Of a stretch of DNA of 32,000 nucleotides, positions 17,204 through 26,197 are shown one piece after another; within the stretch, counting starts at the first letter, position 1; the number at the start of each line of letters is the position of its first letter. The notes under the pieces are model-generated. The model saw nothing but the letters and a program-made list of their open reading frames with translations. It was not told the origin of the DNA and made no database searches. Made by a program: the position numbers and the translations under genes. Source of the DNA: Haloarcula halobia (GTDB lineage: Archaea > Halobacteriota > Halobacteria > Halobacteriales > Haloarculaceae); NCBI RefSeq assembly GCF_029338255.1, contig NZ_CP119787.1:2587631-2619630 (forward strand). The letters are read 5' to 3'.

Positions 17204-18451
17204 ATGGTTTCGTTTGATATTGTTGCAGAGGCGGGCGAGGCAAGACGTGGACAGCTCCGAATAAATGACCGGACTTTAGAGACTCCTCACCTATTCCCCG
17301 TCATCAACTTCTACGGCGGTGGTAATGAGGGTGCTCTGTTCGGTGGCGGCGTTCACCGCACGGTCAAGGAATTCCTAACTCACGATAACGAAATCACTGG
17401 TGGTGAAGACTATAGTGACCTTTTCCGCGGTGTGATGACGTCGATCTCCTCGCTGGCCGACTATGGCATTCGAGAGAAGAAACTGGACTGGTATCTCGGC
17501 AATGAAATCCGCGAGTGGGATTGTTTCAGCGACTATAATGGGATGATCTTCGCAGACTCCGGCGGCTACAAAATCCTGAAGCAGGGCGGTCTAGAAGGTC
17601 AGGACTTTGAGAAGGACATCGACCAGGATAAGGCGCTAGATATACAGCTGGCTCTTGGACCAGACATCGTGGTCAATCTGGACCACCCGATCCATCCGGA
17701 TGACGAGTTCGAGGAGCGGATCGAAAAGATGGAGCAGACAGCTGCCAACGCTGCTCGGTTCGCAGAGCGTCGTGACGAGGTTGACGGGGCCTGCTACCTC
17801 ACGGTGCATGGCTATTATGAAGCGATGCTCGAACGATCCTTCGACCTCATCGAGGACGAACTCTCAGAACCAATCCCCGAAGCGTTCGATGGGATTGCGT
17901 TGGGTAGCCTCGTCCCGCGAAAAGACAACGTCGAGATTCTCGTCGAAGCAGTATCTGATTGTAAACGGGAGATGCAACAGCGAGGTTACGAAGACCTCCC
18001 TCTACACGTATTAGGAATCTCGGGGAACGCAATGCCGCTACTCGTTGCTGTCGGGGCCGATACCTTCGATTCTGCCTCCTACCTACACCAAGCGATCAAC
18101 GGGAAGTATTGCGTCAACCTGTTCGAGACTGTTCCGATTGATGAAGCTAACTTCGACTCCTGTGAATGCCGCGTCTGTAACGACGACTTCCACCGAGCAC
18201 GTATGCGGAACGAGATGGAGGACCTGTATCAGAAGGATATCCTCGGCTCGGTGGCAGCGCATAATCTCGCGGTTCAGCAACGGGAGCTTCGCAAGTTTCG
18301 CCAATTGATCGCTGAGGGAGACAAAGAACGGGTTGCTGAGTATTTGGAGGAGGCAGTGAAGGATCAGAAAGGCTTCCGGAAGTTCGCCTACCAGCTAATT
18401 AACGAACGAATTAACCCATACTTCGAGGAAATAGACACAACCTATGCATAA
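17204..18451 (+). CDS. Second DpdA-like TGT-family transglycosylase, about 415 aa (ORF track start 17168; ATG at 17204 fits TGT N-termini better)
   Basis: MVSFDIVAEAGEARRGQLRI; MIFADSGGYK (D118 from 17204 start); GISGNAMPLLVAVGADTFDSASYLHQAINGKY (D289); CECRVCNDDF...VAAHNLAVQQ zinc site. Confidence 0.88.
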   Translation: MVSFDIVAEAGEARRGQLRINDRTLETPHLFPVINFYGGGNEGALFGGGVHRTVKEFLTHDNEITGGEDYSDLFRGVMTSISSLADYGIREKKLDWYLGNEIREWDCFSDYNGMIFADSGGYKILKQGGLEGQDFEKDIDQDKALDIQLALGPDIVVNLDHPIHPDDEFEERIEKMEQTAANAARFAERRDEVDGACYLTVHGYYEAMLERSFDLIEDELSEPIPEAFDGIALGSLVPRKDNVEILVEAVSDCKREMQQRGYEDLPLHVLGISGNAMPLLVAVGADTFDSASYLHQAINGKYCVNLFETVPIDEANFDSCECRVCNDDFHRARMRNEMEDLYQKDILGSVAAHNLAVQQRELRKFRQLIAEGDKERVAEYLEEAVKDQKGFRKFAYQLINERINPYFEEIDTTYA

Positions 18452-19979
18452 GACACCACAAGTCAACGAGGTCAACGAGTTCATCGAGATAGCTAGCGAC
18501 TTTGAAGATCCGTTAGAGGTCATTAGGGAAGCTCTGTCAAATTCCTACGATGCGAACGCAACGCAGGTCGACATCAATATTGAACAAGATGACGAGGGGC
18601 GGAACACCTTGGTCATCAAGGACAACGGCCACGGGATGGACGAAGATGACCTCTCGTCGTTCTTCGACCTCGGGAACTCGAACAAAAATGACGCTATCGG
18701 GTACAAAGGCCACGGCACCAAGATCTACTACAAGAGCGATAAGGTCCGTGTCGAGACCGTCAAGGACGGGACGCGGATCGAATCGGTGATGAACCAGCCG
18801 TGGGCGAAGCTGAACAACCGCGAACTCCCCACGTACTCCATCGACACGACAGACGTCGACGAGCCATCACGTACCCGGATCGAGGTACACGGTTTCCGTG
18901 CTGGCCAGGGGTTCGACCCAAAACAGCTCACCTACAACAAGATTGAGCATTATATCAAGTGGAAAACGATCGGCGGGTCGACGGCGTGGTACTTCAACGA
19001 CGACTTCCACGAGATGGAGATCAAAGTTGAGCTTTCACCCTCGATTGACGACACGCAGGATCCGATAGAGACCGATAACCGGTTGAAATTCCCGGCTGAA
19101 AACCTGGATCCGGACGGTGAGTTCGTGGCTGAAGAGATGTGTAAGCACTACCCACCACAGGAACTGACCGTCACGCTCGATGACAGCCGTGAATTGACGG
19201 TTGAGGTCGTCGGGATGGTCGGTGGTAAGGAAGCTCGGAACAAGCTGCCGACCTATGGGAAGCATTCCGCCCAATTCGGTATCTGGCTGGCGAAGGATCA
19301 CATCAAGGTCGAACGGTACAACGATGCTATCGGTGCGGACAACGAGTTCTTCCACTTCTTCTTCATCGCTAACTGCCAGGGTCTCGAACTCTCCGCGAAT
19401 CGAGAAAAGATCCGGAACAAATCCGGCGATGTCTACCAGGCCATCACGGACGAACTCGACCGGTTTATGACCAAAGTATGCCAAGATTCCTGGTACCAGA
19501 ACTATATCGAACGCCGCAAGCTGGAGGACAAGAAACGCAGCATCCAATCGCAGGAAAGTACGCTCGAAGAACGTCTCCAGCGGACCAGGGATGAAGGTGG
19601 ACTCTCACCATCAAATCCTGCGGAGGTCATTGCCGCCCTGGAACGATACAGTGCAAATGGAGCGCCGGAGACCGTCCGGATCGCAGACTTCCAAATGGAT
19701 GATGAAGTGAACGCGATCCTTGAGACCGACAACGGTTTCGAGAACGCTGCCCTCCACGTCAAGCTGAGTGATTTCTTCGAGGAAGAAGCTGCACTGTCAC
19801 ACATCGACCGGCTCATCTGCTGGAAACTCGGTGACTTAGATGCACTCACAAAGATTGAACGCTCCTCATACCTCGGAGAACCTATCCGGTTCGACTTCCA
19901 GAGCAGGGAGGTCCATTACGGCGGGGACACGAAGCGGACGATCCCAATCTTGGAGTTAGCCGATAGCGTCTCTTCGTAG
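18444..19979 (+). CDS. GHKL (MutL/Hsp90/MORC-like) ATPase, 511 aa
   Basis: VIREALSNSYDANATQVDINIE (N-box), LVIKDNGHGMDEDDLSSFFDLGNSNKND (G1), IGYKGHGTKIYYKSDKV (G2). Overlaps the upstream stop by 8 nt. Confidence 0.85.
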   Translation: MHKTPQVNEVNEFIEIASDFEDPLEVIREALSNSYDANATQVDINIEQDDEGRNTLVIKDNGHGMDEDDLSSFFDLGNSNKNDAIGYKGHGTKIYYKSDKVRVETVKDGTRIESVMNQPWAKLNNRELPTYSIDTTDVDEPSRTRIEVHGFRAGQGFDPKQLTYNKIEHYIKWKTIGGSTAWYFNDDFHEMEIKVELSPSIDDTQDPIETDNRLKFPAENLDPDGEFVAEEMCKHYPPQELTVTLDDSRELTVEVVGMVGGKEARNKLPTYGKHSAQFGIWLAKDHIKVERYNDAIGADNEFFHFFFIANCQGLELSANREKIRNKSGDVYQAITDELDRFMTKVCQDSWYQNYIERRKLEDKKRSIQSQESTLEERLQRTRDEGGLSPSNPAEVIAALERYSANGAPETVRIADFQMDDEVNAILETDNGFENAALHVKLSDFFEEEAALSHIDRLICWKLGDLDALTKIERSSYLGEPIRFDFQSREVHYGGDTKRTIPILELADSVSS

Positions 19980-19987
19980 ATCCTTGG

Positions 19988-21220
19988 TTAGAGGAACTCC
20001 TCAAGTTTGGCGCTGTCGCCAGCATGCCAGCTTCTTCGGGGCCGGATCTTCACAGGGACCATTTCCTCGCTGCTGTCGTTCATGACGTATGCGTAGCCGG
20101 GGTCTTTCGGGATGTTCTCCATATAGTGGCCAAGGGCATTCGTGTCGTGCAGTTCAGACACTTTGTCGCCAACCGCATCGGAGTCCTGTCCGGCTGTCAG
20201 CCGATGGATCACGACCGTGTCACACTGCGATAGAATCCTGCTGTCTAATGCGCCCGGCTGCTGGGTTGCCATGACGACTGAAAGACCTGGCCGCCGTCCC
20301 TGCCGAACCCACTCTACAAGCGGCTCTGTACTTGGGACAGTCTGACCCGATGGTGCGAACAGGTGTGCCTCATCGAGGAACAGCCAGACAAGGGGGAAAT
20401 CAATCTCTGAGTCGGCACCTCGAATCCGGGCAACTTCCTCACGGCTGCGCTCGAAGCTCCGCTCATTATATGCTTTCCGAGCAAGGATCCCAGTCAACAG
20501 AGTCCGCAGGTTCCACGGTAATGCACCCGCGCCACTCAGATCGAGGACAACGAATTCGCCTCCTTTCACGATCTCGTCGATAGTGTTACCCGTGGAACTG
20601 AAGACACCCCACGAATCAGCCTTCTCCAACCGTCGGAGCAGAGCCTCCTTGATGTTGGCACTCTCCTCAGACCGTTCGACGCGTTCGATAACGTCGTGAA
20701 GGCCGTAGTACTGCCCGAATTCCTCTTCGACTTCCTCAATAACTTGAGCTAATAATCCGGCCTGCGCTTGCGTCTCATCGATATCCAGCACATAGAACCA
20801 GTCGTCCAAGGTGAGTTCCGAGGGGTAGAGCTCGAACCCCTCGTGGAAATACTCACTCACATCCTCGTAGCGTTCCTCCAGTCCCGCTGGATAATACACG
20901 GTGATAGGGTACTCTTCAGGCGTCAAATCCCAGTCGCTCAACGCATCCTTGGACTGAGTCTCAACCTGCAAACTCCAATAGATCCCCATCGCATCGACCA
21001 CTAGACCCGACAGGTTGTCCTGCACCATCCTTGGCAGCGACATCAATTCCTCCATGAATACCCCGAGTGTGTGGGACTTGCCGGAGCCCCGCTTCCCACA
21101 CACGGTTACCATATGCGGGTTATTCAGGTCAATATGGACATCCTCCCGCAACTCGCCTTGAGATGAGAACTTCCGGCCGATGTATCCGGCCAGTTGCTCG
21201 TTATCGCCACCGATGATCAT
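19988..21220 (-). CDS. HerA/VirB4-like P-loop ATPase, 410 aa
   Basis: NPHMVTVCGKRGSGKSHTLGVFMEEL; PLVWLFLDEAHLFAPS; VEWVRQGRRPGLSVVMATQQPGALDSRILSQCDTVVIHRL. Confidence 0.85.
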   Translation of the reverse strand: MIIGGDNEQLAGYIGRKFSSQGELREDVHIDLNNPHMVTVCGKRGSGKSHTLGVFMEELMSLPRMVQDNLSGLVVDAMGIYWSLQVETQSKDALSDWDLTPEEYPITVYYPAGLEERYEDVSEYFHEGFELYPSELTLDDWFYVLDIDETQAQAGLLAQVIEEVEEEFGQYYGLHDVIERVERSEESANIKEALLRRLEKADSWGVFSSTGNTIDEIVKGGEFVVLDLSGAGALPWNLRTLLTGILARKAYNERSFERSREEVARIRGADSEIDFPLVWLFLDEAHLFAPSGQTVPSTEPLVEWVRQGRRPGLSVVMATQQPGALDSRILSQCDTVVIHRLTAGQDSDAVGDKVSELHDTNALGHYMENIPKDPGYAYVMNDSSEEMVPVKIRPRRSWHAGDSAKLEEFL

Positions 21221-24200
21221 TCTTCTTCACCTAGTTCACTTCGGACGCGTTGCTTAATTAGGGTTCGACGAAGGGACTGGATATCATCGTCCTCCCCGTT
21301 CAGGGCGTTAATGACCTGTTCAAAGTCCGAATCCGACAGCGCCATCAAGGAATCGTCAACATCCACTTCCTCCGTCTCAAGGATCGTATCGGGTGATTCT
21401 GATGCCCCATACCTGTCGAGCACCTCCGAGATCTCGTCCTCGTCGTAAGCCTCCTCTTCGATATGCTGCTTGATCTGGTTCCTCCACCTGTCCCACGGAT
21501 TCTTAAACTGGTCGTAGTCGAAGTCAGTAGCTGATTCGTCGAGGGCGTCCTCGCAGCTATCTAGCACCCGGTCACCTTGCCCAGACCACGAACTCCCCTC
21601 AGGAAGCCGGTCCTCCTGATTCTCCAAGTACTCGCGTTCCTCCTCTACCTGTTCCTCAAGCTCTTCGATTTCGTCCCCGATCTCCCCAATGAGGAACTCC
21701 TTATCAGACTCCAGATCCGCAACGTCATCGTCCGCCTCATAGTCTTCAACGTCAGGTATGATCTGTCGTCGATGCCGTTCGAGTTCAGATACAGTCGGGT
21801 CCAGATCCCGCCCATCATCACTGAATTCGGACAGCACGTCGCCAATTGACAGATCTTCGATTAAGTCTTCGACAGTGGTTCGGTCATAGTGGTCGTTGAC
21901 CGTCGAGACAACAGAGACATCGATATCATCGAGGTTCAGATCAGGATCGGTGCCCTTCAGTGAGGTGTAAGTCGATTCTAATTCCTCGACATCGTTCATC
22001 AACTCGTATACATCCTCAGCCGCTTCCAACTGCTCGACCAACTGCTCGACAGCCGGTGTAATCAGGAACAATACCTCGGTTTCCAGTTGTCCAAGGGGAC
22101 GCAACTCCGCGATATAGTTGGGAACTTTGGTGCCGCTGAAAGCAGGACTGCTTCCCAGAGTCCTGAGCCGCTGGTCGAGATTGCCATGTTCTACGGAGAG
22201 GTCCGTATCGCAGCGTTCTTCTAAGTCATCAAGCCGGCCAGCTGCTGGGATATCATCGACGTCTGTGTAGGCCTCGCGGAGTGATGCAAGCTCGTCAGTA
22301 TCAATGTCCTCTCCGCGGGCGCTCTTCAGCACCTGCTTCTCAACCGTTTTGCGGAGATTATCCTGGATCGTTTCCCATCTTGCTTCTTGATCGCTTTCAA
22401 CGCCGATGATCGTCTCGGTATCGTCGAGAATCCACTCCTCGGTGTAGTCCCCAATGACGAACAGGAGGAATATGAGTGCCCGAGTAACGCTGTCGATCTC
22501 CGTCGTCCCGAAAATGAGGTCATACACCTCGTCTTCGGTGACCTCATCATCCTCCAGCATTTCTTTCAAGTCGTCTATATTACTCTGGAAGTTGGCTGTA
22601 TAGTTATCAGTGATATCGCCATCATTCACGAAGGACTCGTTCTCCTCAAAGTCCTCAAGAGTATCACGGAGGTCATCACCAAACATCGGATCAAAGCTCA
22701 AATACGGATAATTAGGCATTATGGCCTCAGGGATGTCTGGGTCAGTGAATTCGAGCGAGTCCTCGTACTTCAGATGCTGCACAGCATAGGCGAGATTCAT
22801 TGCTTCCTTCCCGTTGTAGGTGCCGTCGTACCCCAACCGGTTGAGAACATAATCAGATCTGTATATCCCGGATAGACCGTCATTCAGGTTTACCGGCGAG
22901 AAGAGGTAGTTGGTTTGGGTAAGCATCCGGAGCTGGCCGTCAGGGAGCCGTTCCTCGCCTGGATTTTCTTCCTCAAGACCTCGGATCAGACAGAGTTTCG
23001 TCCAGAGCAGGTACCGGTCGAATTCAGACGAACTGGGGTACTCCGAACGAAGCGTTGAGAGTACCTCTTCGGTTTGATCCCGTTCCGTCTGATCATGCCG
23101 AATATCCGGGTTCAGGTCATTTTCTAGGTCCTCAGCAAGGTCTTCAGCTCGTTCATAGCGTTCAGATACCTCATACAGTGCAGCGACATCGTCGTCCTCG
23201 TCGGCCTCTGTGAGGCAGACGATGAACTCAAGGGCAGTTGGCGGGTCATCCGATGAATCGATCTGCAGTTCCTCCGGTGTCTCCTTGAAGCACAAATAGA
23301 CCTTGTCCGTGTAGCTCAGCTGGCCATCGACATCGAATTCGATGTAGCTTGAGCTATCCGCATCAAACGGGATGTCGAAGACTGTTCGGGCGTCATACCA
23401 TTCCCGATAGAGCTGAATCGGGCTGGTACTTCGCAAATCTTCATCAGTGATGACGTCGTTGATTTCTTCGGAGAGATTGACCTCGGAGTCTGGAGCAGCT
23501 TCTGCCGTTAGTTCACCTGAGTCAAATATCAGGCTACCGTCATCATCAATATCGAAGTAATCGGTTCTCGTGCTTGCGGTGTCGATCAGGTGAGTTAATT
23601 CCTCGTCACTGATGTCTATCGTATACTGGTCTGCGAGGTTTCCCAGCTGTTCGGAACTGTAGAGAGCGGGATTTTGACTCCGGTACAGAATTCCGTCTTC
23701 AGCTACCGCAAAAAGTAGCCGTTGTTGCGTGTATGTACAGTCATCAAAGTCTCCCTCAATACGCTCCTCAATGCTATCTCGTCCCGGGAGGTCATCGAGG
23801 TTCCCGCGATCCAACTCTCCCAGTTCATCACGCACCTCGTCGCCATACCGATACAGCATGTCGAGGTCGATAATACCGTCCTGATCCCATCGCTTGAAAT
23901 ACTCGTTCGCAATCAGTTTGAAGTCCCGGAATCCCCGAACAACGCGGTCTCCGCCTTCCTCCCTGTACCCCTCTGTGATCGATAAAGCGAAATTCAGGAA
24001 ATCCTCAGTGAAGGGATACACATAGGTCTCGTCATCGTCTGCATTCAGACGGGTTTCCCAGTCGTCCTTATCATAGTCTTGGAGCAGTGGAAGGGCGTAG
24101 CGGCGATATAGGTCGGCAAAGAGTTCCTTGCTCTCCTCCCGAGACAGGTCAATATTATACGCAATACTCTCTCTAACTCGATCGGTCAGGTCACTTCTTG

Positions 24201-25059
24201 CGTTCAGGATTTCCGGCCAGTCTTGGAGTGGGAGCGTATTTGCAATGAGAAGATATGGTGGATCCTCAACGTCTTCGAACCCCACCACGGACTTCCGAAT
24301 CATTTTGCGCACAATCGCCCGGAGTTTCAGTTCTTCATCAGTCACCGGCCCGATATCGAATGCCTGCTCAAACTCATCCAGGCAGATAACCGGATATCGG
24401 CCTGTCTCCTCTTTATAAAGCCGAGTGAACCACGTAAGTGTCTCGTGGATATCTCCTGTAGTCAGCTCCTTCACAATCATTGCGACATCAGCAACCGTTG
24501 AAGGATCGTCAAACACCTCCTCCAGGCGATCCTGCTGTGAGGACGGCAACGCCTGAAGATCGCTCACCGTGAGATTCGCCTTCTTCTGTTGGAACTCATC
24601 AACTAGGTCACCTTCGGACAGCCCATCAGCAGGGGACACCAGTCCCTCAAAAACCCGTCCGAGCATCCGATTCGGGCTGTCACAGTCCTCAAGGCTAACC
24701 TCAACTGGATCAATAGGAGTCTCTCCATAGGTGAATTGATCATATTCCACCTGTTCACCATCCTTCGTAAATTCCTTCGATTGGCTGCACAGGTCAACCA
24801 GATTGTTCATCAGCACCGTCTTGCCGGAACCGTATGCTCCGTGCAGGACAACCCCCGGACTCTGTTTATCGGAAAGGCCAGAGTGGATCCCCCGGATGAT
24901 AGCATCCCGCTTGTCGGTGAGGATAAAACCAGAGTCTGACTCGATAAAGTCCCGGAAATTAGGATGTTCGTCCGTAGCAAGGGTTTCGCAATCTCGCTCG
25001 AATCCCTTGATGGTCTGTGCCTCAAGGAGCGTGACGATGTGCGTTTGTGCTTGATCCAT
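21217..25059 (-). CDS. Very large P-loop ATPase, BrxC/PglY/DpdH-like by size and context, 1280 aa
   Basis: Walker A GVVLHGAYGSGKTVLMNNL; Walker B YPVICLDEFEQAFDIG; C-terminal acidic coiled coil EIGDEIEELEEQVEEEREYLENQEDR; overlaps herA-like start. Confidence 0.75.
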   Translation of the reverse strand: MDQAQTHIVTLLEAQTIKGFERDCETLATDEHPNFRDFIESDSGFILTDKRDAIIRGIHSGLSDKQSPGVVLHGAYGSGKTVLMNNLVDLCSQSKEFTKDGEQVEYDQFTYGETPIDPVEVSLEDCDSPNRMLGRVFEGLVSPADGLSEGDLVDEFQQKKANLTVSDLQALPSSQQDRLEEVFDDPSTVADVAMIVKELTTGDIHETLTWFTRLYKEETGRYPVICLDEFEQAFDIGPVTDEELKLRAIVRKMIRKSVVGFEDVEDPPYLLIANTLPLQDWPEILNARSDLTDRVRESIAYNIDLSREESKELFADLYRRYALPLLQDYDKDDWETRLNADDDETYVYPFTEDFLNFALSITEGYREEGGDRVVRGFRDFKLIANEYFKRWDQDGIIDLDMLYRYGDEVRDELGELDRGNLDDLPGRDSIEERIEGDFDDCTYTQQRLLFAVAEDGILYRSQNPALYSSEQLGNLADQYTIDISDEELTHLIDTASTRTDYFDIDDDGSLIFDSGELTAEAAPDSEVNLSEEINDVITDEDLRSTSPIQLYREWYDARTVFDIPFDADSSSYIEFDVDGQLSYTDKVYLCFKETPEELQIDSSDDPPTALEFIVCLTEADEDDDVAALYEVSERYERAEDLAEDLENDLNPDIRHDQTERDQTEEVLSTLRSEYPSSSEFDRYLLWTKLCLIRGLEEENPGEERLPDGQLRMLTQTNYLFSPVNLNDGLSGIYRSDYVLNRLGYDGTYNGKEAMNLAYAVQHLKYEDSLEFTDPDIPEAIMPNYPYLSFDPMFGDDLRDTLEDFEENESFVNDGDITDNYTANFQSNIDDLKEMLEDDEVTEDEVYDLIFGTTEIDSVTRALIFLLFVIGDYTEEWILDDTETIIGVESDQEARWETIQDNLRKTVEKQVLKSARGEDIDTDELASLREAYTDVDDIPAAGRLDDLEERCDTDLSVEHGNLDQRLRTLGSSPAFSGTKVPNYIAELRPLGQLETEVLFLITPAVEQLVEQLEAAEDVYELMNDVEELESTYTSLKGTDPDLNLDDIDVSVVSTVNDHYDRTTVEDLIEDLSIGDVLSEFSDDGRDLDPTVSELERHRRQIIPDVEDYEADDDVADLESDKEFLIGEIGDEIEELEEQVEEEREYLENQEDRLPEGSSWSGQGDRVLDSCEDALDESATDFDYDQFKNPWDRWRNQIKQHIEEEAYDEDEISEVLDRYGASESPDTILETEEVDVDDSLMALSDSDFEQVINALNGEDDDIQSLRRTLIKQRVRSELGEEE

Positions 25060-25066
25060 AGTATCT

Positions 25067-25381
25067 TTATGTAGAAGGGCGGACTCGGAAGCGCATTAGT
25101 CCGGATTTGATGTATGATTCCTCGGGGACAACATAAACACGGCGACCAGCGACGTGCTCTTTAAGTGGACGTGTCATCAGGACGATTTTATCTCCCTCCC
25201 CATCATCTTCATCATCTGGACCGACGAACGCGATATCGAAGTCGCCGGAGAGACGGAACTGGAGCTCGTAGACGAATTCGAATACAGATCCCTGGGCAGC
25301 TTTGGCGTCCCCTGCTGTTACGATAACGAGTCTATTCCAGGGTTTGTTCAACTCGTCCATTACGGGTGCTACAAGCGCCAT
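25067..25381 (-). CDS. Orphan small protein, 104 aa
   Basis: In-operon ORF with 6-nt and 7-nt gaps to its neighbours; no recognised motif. Confidence 0.65.
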   Translation of the reverse strand: MALVAPVMDELNKPWNRLVIVTAGDAKAAQGSVFEFVYELQFRLSGDFDIAFVGPDDEDDGEGDKIVLMTRPLKEHVAGRRVYVVPEESYIKSGLMRFRVRPST

Positions 25382-25387
25382 GAGAGG

Positions 25388-26197
25388 TCAGTCGACTACC
25401 TCCATAATTTTCCTGCCGTGGTACCTACGGGTTGAAATATGTCCACCGTCCTCTAATTCACCTAACACTTCATCGATGCGTGATGAATCCCAGTCAAAAT
25501 CCATTTTCAGGATATGTTCAAGATCCGAATACGGCATATGGCGGTCATTCTCTTCGAGAATCTGTAACACGATCTCTTCGTCATTCTGTCGGAAGTAGAG
25601 GTACTGCGTGGGGTCGATTTTCCATCGCCGGCCCTCCTTTTTCAGTATTCCCAGGTCATTGAGAATGCCGCCGATCGTCCCTGCGGTGTTCGAATTCCCC
25701 TTTGCATCGAATTTCATCATGTCATTGATCGCATTTCCTCGGTTGGTGCCGAGATCGTAATTCCGCTCTGCAATTCGTTTGTCGACACCTTTGATGGCTC
25801 TCCAGAAATATACGAAGTTGTCCCGGGATTTCTCGACTAGGAGTCGGAAGGCAGCGACATCCTGAGGTGAGGCCTCAACGAGGTCACGCCCTTCCTCGGT
25901 GAGATAGATCCCGTCCTCACGTTGTTCGATGACTTCTACGGAGCCGGCGTATCCGGGCAGCGTGAAGGTGAACCACTCGTCCAGCGGATGACTGAATAGA
26001 TTGTTGTCGCGTTCTTCGTTGATGGTCTCCATCTGTTCACGGAGCTCTTCTTCAGTGATACCGGGATTTCTGGAGACTAAGCGGACAAACCGCTGTAGAC
26101 CTTCGATAACCCGTTGGTTCCCTAACTGGGGGAGAGCGAGATCCAGGTCCTCTTTCTTTGCCGCTGCTCCGACAGCCTCGTCAGTACTGTCACTCAT
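25388..26197 (-). CDS. Probable winged-helix protein of BREX/Dpd-type operon, 269 aa
   Basis: LVSRNPGITEEELREQM, AGTIGGILNDLGILKKEGRRWKIDP, MPYSDLEHILKMDFDWDSSRIDEVLGELEDGGHISTRRYHGRKIMEVV look like tandem wHTH units. Start overlaps the upstream stop (ATGA-type). Confidence 0.65.
   Translation of the reverse strand: MSDSTDEAVGAAAKKEDLDLALPQLGNQRVIEGLQRFVRLVSRNPGITEEELREQMETINEERDNNLFSHPLDEWFTFTLPGYAGSVEVIEQREDGIYLTEEGRDLVEASPQDVAAFRLLVEKSRDNFVYFWRAIKGVDKRIAERNYDLGTNRGNAINDMMKFDAKGNSNTAGTIGGILNDLGILKKEGRRWKIDPTQYLYFRQNDEEIVLQILEENDRHMPYSDLEHILKMDFDWDSSRIDEVLGELEDGGHISTRRYHGRKIMEVVD

Noticed and set aside
19035-19547. 170-aa minus-strand ORF
   Set aside because: Antisense to the GHKL ATPase CDS; no independent support.
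22387-22875. 162-aa plus-strand ORF
   Set aside because: Antisense inside the 1280-aa ATPase CDS; no domain signal.
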